IMG/VR virus record: IMGVR_UViG_3300047090_000102
Coordinates: 1 to 64,000 of that record
Source of the DNA: a virus
Direction: 5' to 3' (one strand)
DNA: 64,000 bases
Positions 56,073 through 64,000 of this stretch are shown here, piece by piece. Below the pieces are notes generated by a model. That model was given only the letters and a program-made list of their open reading frames with translations. It ran no database searches and was not told the origin of the DNA. Each line of letters begins with the position of its first letter. The first letter of the stretch is position 1. Both the position numbers and the translations under genes were made by a program.

Positions 56073-56318
56073 TCATGCTGCGCTCTGATCGCTGCCCCAG
56101 ACAAACCGGAATCGCCCGGTTCCAAGTCGGATCATCCGATAACGGTGCCCGGGACTCTTCTCGTCCAGTTTGTCTTTTACGCCCTTAACCGCGGCGTCGA
56201 TGCTTTCCTGCGTGAAGTGCTTGCCGCGCTTCGCCGTGATAGGAAACCGTTGGGCGATCTTATGGTTCCCATGATCCATGAATTCAAAGACGATCCTACT
56301 GCACTGTGGTTGTGACAA
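56073..56318 (-). CDS. hypothetical protein
   Basis: TTG start with GGAGAGGA 8 nt upstream. Confidence 0.45.
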   Translation of the reverse strand: MSQPQCSRIVFEFMDHGNHKIAQRFPITAKRGKHFTQESIDAAVKGVKDKLDEKSPGHRYRMIRLGTGRFRFVWGSDQSAA

Positions 56319-56712
56319 TGATCTGATCCTCTCCGAGATTCGCGCTCATCAGGATTTCCTTGCGACACTCGCGCTCGACTTTGTCCAAGTAACCCGTTAC
56401 GTCCTTGCGGTGCCTGTACTGCGGAAGCGGCCACGAGTTGAACTTGGTGCTCGGCGTTACCCCAATGAACCCCATCGGCCTTCCGCCGTTCCGGATCAGC
56501 GCGTTCATTGCAGCCAGTCGCGCAACTGGATCACCGTCGCCAGCGAATATCAGTTCTGTGCCCTTCCCATCGTCAATCAGGAACACCAAGGCCACGGCCA
56601 GATAGTTCAGCCGCTGCTGGCGGTCAAGCTCGTCGAACAGGCCACCAGTCGAGGTGATGGGTTCTGCCGGCCGATCAGAAGCCACTGGCCCCTCCTCCTG
56701 CTCCTCCTGCAT
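56296..56712 (-). CDS. hypothetical protein
   Basis: ORF track, ATG start. Confidence 0.5.
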   Translation of the reverse strand: MQEEQEEGPVASDRPAEPITSTGGLFDELDRQQRLNYLAVALVFLIDDGKGTELIFAGDGDPVARLAAMNALIRNGGRPMGFIGVTPSTKFNSWPLPQYRHRKDVTGYLDKVERECRKEILMSANLGEDQIIVTTTVQ

Positions 56713-57061
56713 TATCGTCTGGAGTCGAGCCTATCCCAAGCTTCTGTTTGATGGCCTCCAGGCTATCCTCGATTGCCTCCATGCGGGCTGGTAGACCTGC
56801 CATGGCTCCCTGGTCTGGATGGTCGGCAGAGGGCATGTCCAATGGCATACTGGACTCTTTAGGTGGCATCGACTCTTCTGGTTGTGGACCGCGCGCGCCA
56901 GCCAGGATACGCTTACCAATCCCGCCAACCTTCGGTGCAACGGACGGAGTTGAAGGCAATGGAGCATCGTCACTCTCACCAACACTCGGCGCAGGCTTGC
57001 TGCCCATAATGGCGCGGCGGTTAAACTTGTTTGGCGGAGTTGAAGTAGCTGGTTTGAACAT
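56675..57061 (-). CDS. hypothetical P/S/G-rich protein
   Basis: Trimmed to ATG 57061. Confidence 0.45.
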   Translation of the reverse strand: MFKPATSTPPNKFNRRAIMGSKPAPSVGESDDAPLPSTPSVAPKVGGIGKRILAGARGPQPEESMPPKESSMPLDMPSADHPDQGAMAGLPARMEAIEDSLEAIKQKLGIGSTPDDNAGGAGGGASGF

Positions 57062-57065
57062 TGTT

Positions 57066-57527
57066 TTATCCTGCCTTTTTGTCATTCTGGCTTTGATGGA
57101 CTTCGGCCTCCACCTGGTCAAACTGTCTTAGTACGATCTCGCGCTCTTCAGCCCCAGGATTGCGCCGTTTGTTCATGTTATCGAATGCCTGGCGCGTCAT
57201 TCGGTTAACGATCTGACTTGGGCGCCGCGTCATCGGGTGCGACTGGCGAGATGGCGTGGGCTCTTTAACTTCCGCGTCGGACTGTGGTAGCCGTGGCGCA
57301 GGTTCAGGCTTTGAGAAGAGAGCCCCACCGAGTCCATGCTCCGCCAATCGATCAAGTAGTAATCGGCGCTCGGCCTCGACTTCTGTAAGTCTATCCTTGA
57401 GATCATTGAATCGTGCTCGGCTTACAAAAGGAAAAAGAAACAAGCAGCGTACCCCTTCCTCATCATCGTGATGATCTTTGAGCCAAGCTTCTGGCGATCG
57501 TCCTTCTTCGGCAACTTTCCGTCCCAC
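57066..57527 (-). CDS. hypothetical coiled-coil protein (start uncertain)
   Basis: ORF track. Overlaps 57422..57751 by 106 nt. Confidence 0.4.
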   Translation of the reverse strand: MGRKVAEEGRSPEAWLKDHHDDEEGVRCLFLFPFVSRARFNDLKDRLTEVEAERRLLLDRLAEHGLGGALFSKPEPAPRLPQSDAEVKEPTPSRQSHPMTRRPSQIVNRMTRQAFDNMNKRRNPGAEEREIVLRQFDQVEAEVHQSQNDKKAG

Positions 57528-57751
57528 TTCTTCTTGTCATTCAGCGAAAGGAATTCATTACAACACTCGCGTGGGCGAGCCATGATGTGTCCATTCGCCA
57601 GAAGTCTATTCTTGTAGTCAGGAATGCTCTTGTCCTCGGCCACCTCTTTGTCGTAGCACACGCCGTCCTGCCACTTCTGACAGTTTGAACAAAGAAATGG
57701 CCCGAGGTCTTCCGTTGCGAATCCGACTTTTTCAGATCCAGAGGATGCCAT
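57422..57751 (-). CDS. Cys-rich hypothetical protein
   Basis: ORF track. Confidence 0.45.
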   Translation of the reverse strand: MASSGSEKVGFATEDLGPFLCSNCQKWQDGVCYDKEVAEDKSIPDYKNRLLANGHIMARPRECCNEFLSLNDKKKWDGKLPKKDDRQKLGSKIITMMRKGYAACFFFLL

Positions 57752-57756
57752 AGAAA

Positions 57757-58035
57757 TTATAGGGCGATATTTGGGCCGATCAGGAAAACGTCGGTGAAAG
57801 ACGTGGACGTTCCATAATTTGCATCCACGTAATTAGAAACTTGCGTTGCAATGGATATGTTGAATAGAAGTGCAGATATCAAGTTGGGTGCGGTGATCAC
57901 GACTGGGAAGCTGGCGATATTTACAGCTCCAGTGCCTGGGAGGTCGAATGAGATGTTCACAGGGATGTCTATTTCGTAAACACCCCCGACGATTTGGCTG
58001 GACATCTGGCTGTTAGTCTGCACGAATAATTTCAT
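57757..58035 (-). CDS. hypothetical protein
   Basis: ORF track, ATG start. Confidence 0.5.
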   Translation of the reverse strand: MKLFVQTNSQMSSQIVGGVYEIDIPVNISFDLPGTGAVNIASFPVVITAPNLISALLFNISIATQVSNYVDANYGTSTSFTDVFLIGPNIAL

Positions 58036-58045
58036 ATATCCCCTT

Positions 58046-61000
58046 TCAATTCTGCACGATCTCTATGATTGCGTTGGTGAAGGTGCTCGTCGTGGTCGTA
58101 GCCGCACTCTTGTAGGCAAGGCTGAATATACCGCTTGCCGTGGTCGTGTTGAACGCTGTACCTGCGACGGACTTCACGTTTGGCGTAGCCACGATGCCGA
58201 TGTTTCCGTCCGACACAATCTGCATCATGCCTTGGCTAGTTGCCGCCGCACCAGCAGTTCTTACGGTCAAATCTATCTCTGTACGGAACCCGTTATTAGT
58301 ACCGGATGCTGCTGCAACACTGCTTGCGAATGCCGCAACCGTGCCGTCTGCCGTCGTTCCATTCGTGCCCCAGCGTAACGTAAATGTGCTGACATTGGCT
58401 ACCGTCGATGTGCAGGTGCCGTCCAGAATGATACGGATGTGCGTCCCGGCGTTGATCCGATTCGCCGCCAGAGATGGAGTCTTTACGATGACGGTCTCAG
58501 TGGTATTGATGGCTCCGGAACTGGCAACGATATCCGCCTGCCCGGTCTTGTTTGGCCCCGTGTCGGCAATCGACATCATCACGTTGCCGACCGAATCGTC
58601 TAACTGGGTCGGAGTTGCGCTGGTGTTGTTGCGAATTACCGCACTACGTGCTGCTACTCCCGCAAATCCACCGCCACCGGTGATCGGCTGCCATGCCTGA
58701 AGCGCGTTCAGCGGAAAAGTTGCAGTCGTGTCACCGGGGAGGCCGAGCGTGGGATTCACTGCGATATCGATGAACGTACACTGGCGCTTCGCTGCATCCG
58801 TCTGCGCGGTCTGGCCTTCGGAACCGACGCTCCATGCAGGCTGACAGAATATCTGGTCGGCATTGATGAAGAGTTGGCCGCGCTGCCGCCACTGGCATGC
58901 TGTCACGTTGCAGGTATGCGCATTCACCGTGCGAACCGCGATCGTCGTATCGCTTAATCTGCACCAGTGGCCCAGCACAGGACTGCCACCGCAGGCGAAT
59001 CCATCACCCACGAGAGTCTCCTCAACCGTGTTGCCACCTGCCGGGTCGGTGATTGTGATGCTGACAGCGCACCCTCCCTGGAAGGCCGTGGTGCACCAGT
59101 CCGTGACCGTACTCAGAGTGATCGTAGTGATGGTGTTCGCTACGATATTCGTAGAGGAAGTTTCAACCTCGGCGACCGTCCCGACGTGTTGGTCTGCAGC
59201 GCCTATCGACTTTTCGTTGAGATCGTTGCCTTTGATGAAGGAGCCTGACGCTGGCATCGGGCGGACTTCCGTGTAGACGTACATACGCCCGTAAGTGCTG
59301 CCACCGCCAGAATCGGTCGAGAATCCGAATATACGCTCAGTCGCTCCGCCAGATGTACCGTGCAACAGACCGAATTTCAATTGACCCACGCCGACGCCTG
59401 CACGTAAATCAAGCAGCAATGAACCAACTGATTGAGTCGTTGGATTGGTCGTCGGCTCATTGTCGAATGGGATGATCCCGAACGAGTTCACGCCACCATC
59501 TGTCGCACACTGCGTTGCCTGTGCTCCTGTGTTTGCTCCGGTGGCCTGCGAGCAATCGCGGATCATCGTATTTCCATGAACACGGGCGACCACCGCGCCT
59601 GTTCCGGAATTGAACTGAATGTATTCGTGTAAATCGGTGGGGTTGTCACGGAGCCGCCAGATTCCACTCAGTCCGACAGATGGAGCTGAGTACCAGATAT
59701 ACCCGTACGGCGATGCCTGGGACGTGAAGTACGGCTGATTCGTGGTCGAGCCGCTGACGTCGATGTTGAGAAGATTCGTTCCACCCGTGGTCGCATACTG
59801 CACACCGCTCTTAAGCACAGGATTGCTTTGGAGCACAACCGGAGTTCCTGTACTGCCGGTTGTCGTCCGCCACACTGGAGCCGCAGATACCGCGCCTGTA
59901 CCGATCTGAGAGAGGATAGCGTCGGTCGCGGAAGTGCTACCAGAGAGCTTCGTCCACTTCGGCGTAGCGTTCGCGAATATCGTGTCTCCGAGTACAGGCG
60001 TCTGCGCTACTACATCACTGAAGTCAGTAGTATTAAGAAATGGCTGCGGCGGAAGTGCGACCGTCACTGTACCAGGAATGCCGATCTGGAGGATTCCGGT
60101 ATTGTCGGTCTTGAGAGAGCGTACTGCTGCTCCGTCCCATCCACCACCCACCACGGGATTAGGCTGCGTTGCACTCGCGGCTGCCTGTGTACCCTGCACC
60201 AGAGGATCCGGCAAAGCATCCTGTTGGGTAACCGCTCTCATGCCAGCCGTTGCTGTGCCTGATGTGTACGGATTTACCCGCACTCGAACATGAGACGCCC
60301 CACCAGGGACCTGGATGTTGTAGGCCAGATTACTCGAGCTTACGGCCACGGATGCCGCCCATATTCCCGAGGGTGTAGCTGGGCGAATCACACTGGCCTG
60401 CCAAGTCGTGCCGCCGTCTGACGAGCTTTCAGGAAGCAGGGTGCCGATCAGGTTATTGCCGGCTGGCAAAGTAACCGAGGCCGAGTTTGTGCCGGCCATT
60501 GGAATATTCACTGTAGCGTCTAGTGATCCAAGCGCGCCGCTGGCTGTAGTATCTGCCGCGGCCCCTCCGCATCCTGAATCACAGTTGACATGCAGGTTCG
60601 CGCCAGAGGATTGGGTAGCAATAGTAGAGCTATCGGAGGACACAGTTACCCGGGGAATCCCGGCGCCACTTGTGCCTGTCCCTGTAACGACGTTGCTTCC
60701 GCCAAACTGTGTCACGTTGACACTGGAACTGCCACAGCCGGAGTCACAAACGATATGAAGGTTCGTTCCAGTGGCCTGGACTACCGTGAAGTTCCCCGAT
60801 CCTAGCGCCGTAACGGAGTCAGTGCCGGAATTCAGCGTCCACGTGCGCCCAGTCGTCCAGGATCCAGATTGCGTCACAGCGAGCGTAGAGTTGTTGATTG
60901 TCAGACCGGCTGGAACGGATACAACAAAACAGTTTGTATTTGCAACACAATTAGCAATAACTGATGCTGTCGCCGATGTCGTGGTGCCAGGAACCGGACC

Positions 61001-61330
61001 ACGTACAACGACGCTTGTCTGGGCATGCAACTTCACCGGCAGGAGCAGAAGCAGGACCAGCGCAAAAAGCACCAGCACAATACCCCAAGTGATCTTTTCG
61101 AGACGGCTTACACGGGTATGGACTGGTGTTAATCCCTTGCAGTGCTTGTCCCAGATCATGAAGTAGGCCGCCCGGTCATGCAGTTCCTGCGGCGATTCGT
61201 TGGCGTGGGACAGTGACTTGCTGAACTGAGCCACAACTTTCGCATGCTCTTGGGCATCAATTTCATGCTCGTGATCGAGGCCGTGCTTACTGAGGTGCCC
61301 GGCGATATCTGATGGAGGGATGTATTTCAT
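58046..61330 (-). CDS. fibre/adhesin-like beta-rich protein with N-terminal signal anchor
   Basis: 1094 aa, S/T/G/A/N/V-rich. TM helix ITWGIVLVLFALVLLLLLPV at about aa 80-100. NLH[IV]xCDSGCG motif occurs twice (60731..60763 and 60566..60598). Confidence 0.65.
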   Translation of the reverse strand: MKYIPPSDIAGHLSKHGLDHEHEIDAQEHAKVVAQFSKSLSHANESPQELHDRAAYFMIWDKHCKGLTPVHTRVSRLEKITWGIVLVLFALVLLLLLPVKLHAQTSVVVRGPVPGTTTSATASVIANCVANTNCFVVSVPAGLTINNSTLAVTQSGSWTTGRTWTLNSGTDSVTALGSGNFTVVQATGTNLHIVCDSGCGSSSVNVTQFGGSNVVTGTGTSGAGIPRVTVSSDSSTIATQSSGANLHVNCDSGCGGAAADTTASGALGSLDATVNIPMAGTNSASVTLPAGNNLIGTLLPESSSDGGTTWQASVIRPATPSGIWAASVAVSSSNLAYNIQVPGGASHVRVRVNPYTSGTATAGMRAVTQQDALPDPLVQGTQAAASATQPNPVVGGGWDGAAVRSLKTDNTGILQIGIPGTVTVALPPQPFLNTTDFSDVVAQTPVLGDTIFANATPKWTKLSGSTSATDAILSQIGTGAVSAAPVWRTTTGSTGTPVVLQSNPVLKSGVQYATTGGTNLLNIDVSGSTTNQPYFTSQASPYGYIWYSAPSVGLSGIWRLRDNPTDLHEYIQFNSGTGAVVARVHGNTMIRDCSQATGANTGAQATQCATDGGVNSFGIIPFDNEPTTNPTTQSVGSLLLDLRAGVGVGQLKFGLLHGTSGGATERIFGFSTDSGGGSTYGRMYVYTEVRPMPASGSFIKGNDLNEKSIGAADQHVGTVAEVETSSTNIVANTITTITLSTVTDWCTTAFQGGCAVSITITDPAGGNTVEETLVGDGFACGGSPVLGHWCRLSDTTIAVRTVNAHTCNVTACQWRQRGQLFINADQIFCQPAWSVGSEGQTAQTDAAKRQCTFIDIAVNPTLGLPGDTTATFPLNALQAWQPITGGGGFAGVAARSAVIRNNTSATPTQLDDSVGNVMMSIADTGPNKTGQADIVASSGAINTTETVIVKTPSLAANRINAGTHIRIILDGTCTSTVANVSTFTLRWGTNGTTADGTVAAFASSVAAASGTNNGFRTEIDLTVRTAGAAATSQGMMQIVSDGNIGIVATPNVKSVAGTAFNTTTASGIFSLAYKSAATTTTSTFTNAIIEIVQN

Positions 61331-61623
61331 TGCTCGATTACGTCGAAGTTGACAGATCCAGTGACGGCCTTTAAAAATCCCAAAGTCTGGCCAGGCAGAA
61401 ACTGCGCGCCAAGGTTGTTATTCGGCCCCGGCTGAGTAAACGGGAAACTGCTGCCTGCGGGCATAGTTGCTGGCCCACTGCTAACGAGCGGCGTAGCCAC
61501 AAGATAGTCTGTGCTCGCTGCCTGATTGGACTCACGTACCGTTACCATATTGCACCTGGTCACAGCTATGATCTGCGTGAAGCCCGCGGTGTTGACGTTG
61601 ACCGGTGCTTGAGTCAGAGGCAT
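61327..61623 (-). CDS. small protein preceding the fibre-like gene (paralog-like to 63234..63590)
   Basis: ATGA/TAAATG coupling on both sides. Confidence 0.5.
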   Translation of the reverse strand: MPLTQAPVNVNTAGFTQIIAVTRCNMVTVRESNQAASTDYLVATPLVSSGPATMPAGSSFPFTQPGPNNNLGAQFLPGQTLGFLKAVTGSVNFDVIEQ

Positions 61624-63237
61624 TTAGAACGTTGGTAGCGTCCCGCTAAGATGGTTGACGTTGTAAGTGATCGTGTACGAAGTGGGTGTCGCCATATTCA
61701 CTAGCGTACAAGTTGCTTGCAAGAGTGCCGGATTAGCTCCGGTCAATGCGAAGGTACAGACGTTTGTCAGCGTCACCGTGCAGGCTGTCGCGTTGGTTCC
61801 GATCACGCTCGTATTGACTACAAACACGCCTGCTGAGTTCTCGCCGGAGTATTCAACCGTGCCAGAGGTAGAGCAGTTCAGGTGGTTGACGGTATCGGTC
61901 GCCAGCGCCGAGAAACTAACCGTTCCGCCTGCGGTCTGATCCGCTGCGAGTGGAATACTGAGAATTGTAGCCGCTACGCCACTCGTTATATTTTTGGTAT
62001 CGCCAATTGCAAGACGGTCGATGTCATTGACTGTATTGCGAATCAAAAACCCGGTCGCAACGTTCTCGAAGATGTTGTGTTCTTCTGTGCCAGATATGCA
62101 AGTGATCGGAGTACGGCTATTGCTACATCCAACCACCGTATCCCCGCTGGCGTTCGACGTGAGGATGTCCAAGTCCTGCGCAGCAGATGGACTAACGGCA
62201 GCAAGACTGCCATTACTCAAAAGGAATGCTGGCCCATTGCGCGCCCCGCCCGCCGTACTCACGAAAGTCAAACCGCCGCCCGCATCAAGCGAGAGAGCGC
62301 CAGCGCTGTTGATGCACAAAAGCTGCTCAATATTTCCGCCCGCCGAGATGCCATCAAACGTAGACGATGTTGAGCTACAGGAGGCTCCATTGGGAAGCAG
62401 AAATCTATTTGCCTTGAGCGTTCCGCCAACTTCCACGCCGTTCGTCACGTTCAAACTGCCGATTGTCTCGGCTGCAGAGGATGAGTTGCCAACGAATGGG
62501 GTAGCGGTGCTGGTCGTAGTCGAGGGGAATGCGATTACGAAGAGTGCGGAGTCGTTAGCATTGGCCGATCCTGCCAACGTATATCCCATCTTCACCGCTG
62601 GCGACGTGCCAGTCCCCCAGGGCAACCATCCCAAGAAAGAATCGCTGGATTGTGCGATCTTGTTGACGTTACCGGGCACGTTCACCCAATTTAACGCACC
62701 AGAAGATTGCGCGCTTAAAACTAAAAATAGATCATTTGCAATTGCCGGAGTGAATGTCGTAGCTGTGAGCGTCGAAGCATTGCCAGAGGCTGTGCCGATT
62801 CCATCTGTAGCACAACTTGTACTTAAGAGATTAACCATCCAGGCCACTGCCGTGTTGGTATTGTTGTTCCAATTGACGATATAGTTCCCAGATTCCGCAT
62901 TGGCGACTTTACAGCCCACTGCCGCTTGCATCTTCGCGCTTCCGACAGAACTTAATGTGGTGCCAAGTTGCGTAAATCCAGCCGGGAAGGTGACAGTTTC
63001 GCTGTTCGCGCCGGATATGGCGATGAAGATTACCAGTGCGTTGCCGTTAACGATTGAGGCTGGAGCCGTAATGGTCAACGTTGTCCCAGCGCCAACTATT
63101 GCCGCCGCGCTATTAGTAGAAAACGGTGGCGTGATGTTGAACGACCCTGCGGGAGCGCCACTAGCAAGGGTGCCGCCAACGCTTTGTCCGAAGCCTTGGG
63201 CCGAGATCAACAATAAGAGAGCGATAATCTTTTTCAT
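61624..63237 (-). CDS. fibre/adhesin-like beta-rich protein with a cleavable-type signal peptide
   Basis: MKKIIALLLLISAQGFGQS N-terminus. 537 aa, S/T/G/A/N-rich. Confidence 0.65.
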   Translation of the reverse strand: MKKIIALLLLISAQGFGQSVGGTLASGAPAGSFNITPPFSTNSAAAIVGAGTTLTITAPASIVNGNALVIFIAISGANSETVTFPAGFTQLGTTLSSVGSAKMQAAVGCKVANAESGNYIVNWNNNTNTAVAWMVNLLSTSCATDGIGTASGNASTLTATTFTPAIANDLFLVLSAQSSGALNWVNVPGNVNKIAQSSDSFLGWLPWGTGTSPAVKMGYTLAGSANANDSALFVIAFPSTTTSTATPFVGNSSSAAETIGSLNVTNGVEVGGTLKANRFLLPNGASCSSTSSTFDGISAGGNIEQLLCINSAGALSLDAGGGLTFVSTAGGARNGPAFLLSNGSLAAVSPSAAQDLDILTSNASGDTVVGCSNSRTPITCISGTEEHNIFENVATGFLIRNTVNDIDRLAIGDTKNITSGVAATILSIPLAADQTAGGTVSFSALATDTVNHLNCSTSGTVEYSGENSAGVFVVNTSVIGTNATACTVTLTNVCTFALTGANPALLQATCTLVNMATPTSYTITYNVNHLSGTLPTF

Positions 63238-63590
63238 TCGTCCTCGGTAACCCTAACCTTGGTTGTAGCAGCAGTCGCCGACGTTGCCTTGAGCAGTGGG
63301 TCCGCTGTATGGAAATTGAAAGCGCCGGCAGAGTTCTGTGCGGGGATTCCAAGCAATGCGCCGATCGCACCGCCCTGTCCTGTTGGGTTCCCAAGGATCA
63401 CGGGCTCAGTCTGTGGTGCAACCTGGAAAGTAGTCGTGAAGTTGTCCTTCATGCTGGTGAATATCAGTCCGGTGGGGACGGCAATCGATCCGTCTTCGAT
63501 GATCTCGCATCGCCGGGCCGGGATCGAAGAGGAGATGGTTACGATTGCGCCGCCTGCGGCATTGAGAGCTACAAGCCTGACGTTCGACAT
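63234..63590 (-). CDS. small protein preceding the fibre-like gene
   Basis: Coupled on both sides. Confidence 0.5.
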   Translation of the reverse strand: MSNVRLVALNAAGGAIVTISSSIPARRCEIIEDGSIAVPTGLIFTSMKDNFTTTFQVAPQTEPVILGNPTGQGGAIGALLGIPAQNSAGAFNFHTADPLLKATSATAATTKVRVTEDE

Positions 63591-63904
63591 CAGTTGCCTC
63601 CTGACAGAAAGGCTTCAAGGTCGGAAGCTCGAACGCAGTGAACCTCCGCGCCTTGTTTGTGGACCTCTTTGTGATCGTGCGGCCAGACTCTGTGCCCATT
63701 GCTGACGAGACTGGACTTTCTGGCAATCACAAAGTCGATGAGTTTCTTGAAGCGCGTCGGGCCGATTTCGGCCTCAACCTCGTCCACATCAAAGCTGTCA
63801 TAAAAGCCGTGGGAGTGCTCTGCCGGATTGGTCTTGAGCACAGAGCATGCGCCGTACTGCTGGTGGAAGAGTCTGAGAAGATCTTTCTTGTCTTGGTCTT
63901 TCAA
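63590..63904 (-). CDS. hypothetical protein
   Basis: TTG start with GGGAGGG 4 nt upstream. Confidence 0.5.
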   Translation of the reverse strand: MKDQDKKDLLRLFHQQYGACSVLKTNPAEHSHGFYDSFDVDEVEAEIGPTRFKKLIDFVIARKSSLVSNGHRVWPHDHKEVHKQGAEVHCVRASDLEAFLSGGN

Positions 63905-63905
63905 T

Positions 63906-64000
63906 CTACCCTCCCTGGTTTCTGCGGGCCATGGCCAGTACGCGCGCGCCTACGCCACGCTTCTTCGGCTTGGCTGGTGGCTGATAGTCTTTCTTGCCGC
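63906..64000 (-). CDS. C-terminal fragment of an upstream gene (cut by window edge)
   Basis: My translation gives ...GKKDYQPPAKPKKRGVGARVLAMARRNQGG, with a stop at 63906..63908. Confidence 0.3.
   Translation of the reverse strand, partial: GKKDYQPPAKPKKRGVGARVLAMARRNQGG

Noticed and set aside
55380-56315. 311-aa plus-strand ORF.
   Set aside because: The translation is R/S/C-rich. It lies antisense to five compact, coupled minus-strand genes, including a KTSC-like one. It is treated as a shadow ORF.
1-64000. CRISPR arrays, rRNA genes, integrase/attP, transposase/IS ends, and a DGR (reverse transcriptase plus template repeat) that might target the fibre-like genes.
   Set aside because: I saw no regularly spaced direct repeats, rRNA-like sequence, tyrosine- or serine-recombinase motifs or reverse-transcriptase motifs in any frame. 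The repeats in the fibre-like gene (NLHxxCDSGCG) are intragenic protein repeats and not a template/variable-repeat pair.

Overview
This window is a continuous stretch of a tailed dsDNA phage or prophage genome. I saw no host housekeeping genes, rRNA, CRISPR array, integrase or intact tRNA.

Layout:
(i) 1-8124, minus strand: early/recombination module. It holds a PD-(D/E)XK exonuclease, an SMC/RecN-like ATPase, a RecT-like annealase, a chain of tiny translationally coupled ORFs, and an HTH regulator at its head.
(ii) 8236-12648, plus strand: early module diverging from a ~110-nt AT-rich control region. It holds HNH-like, MazG-like, Ead/Ea22-like and DUF1064-like genes plus two paralogous coiled-coil proteins.
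(iii) 12645-64000, minus strand: late region. The order is portal-like, scaffold-like, major capsid, tail-tube-like, internal-virion-like proteins, a giant ORF, then small and large terminase. This parallels T7 gp8-gp19.

Most unusual content:
- A 5,564-aa ORF (18234-34928) sits in the internal-virion (gp16-like) slot. It strings together an FtsK-gamma-like wHTH, a RelA/SpoT-like motif, a 2H phosphoesterase, an N6-adenine methyltransferase and a strawberry-notch/SNF2-like helicase.
- The helicase DEC(H/Q) box is split by a 328-aa intein.
- The middle of the intein is overprinted, in the +1 frame, by an intact DUF559/Vsr-like endonuclease ORF.
- Several low-complexity linkers of the giant ORF look dual-coding.
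- Short peptide motifs recur at domain borders (E[EP]PAYSL three times, LPPGF[ET]LEG three times).
- A circularly permuted tRNA-like element (3' half upstream of 5' half) lies in the 232-nt gap at 41877-42108.

Other notable items:
- Three proteins with twin-arginine-signal-like N-termini.
- A GroES-like gene behind the capsid terminator.
- An opposite-strand four-gene island inside the structural operon.
- Fibre-like proteins with secretion signals.

All functional calls come from motifs read by eye. No database search was run.
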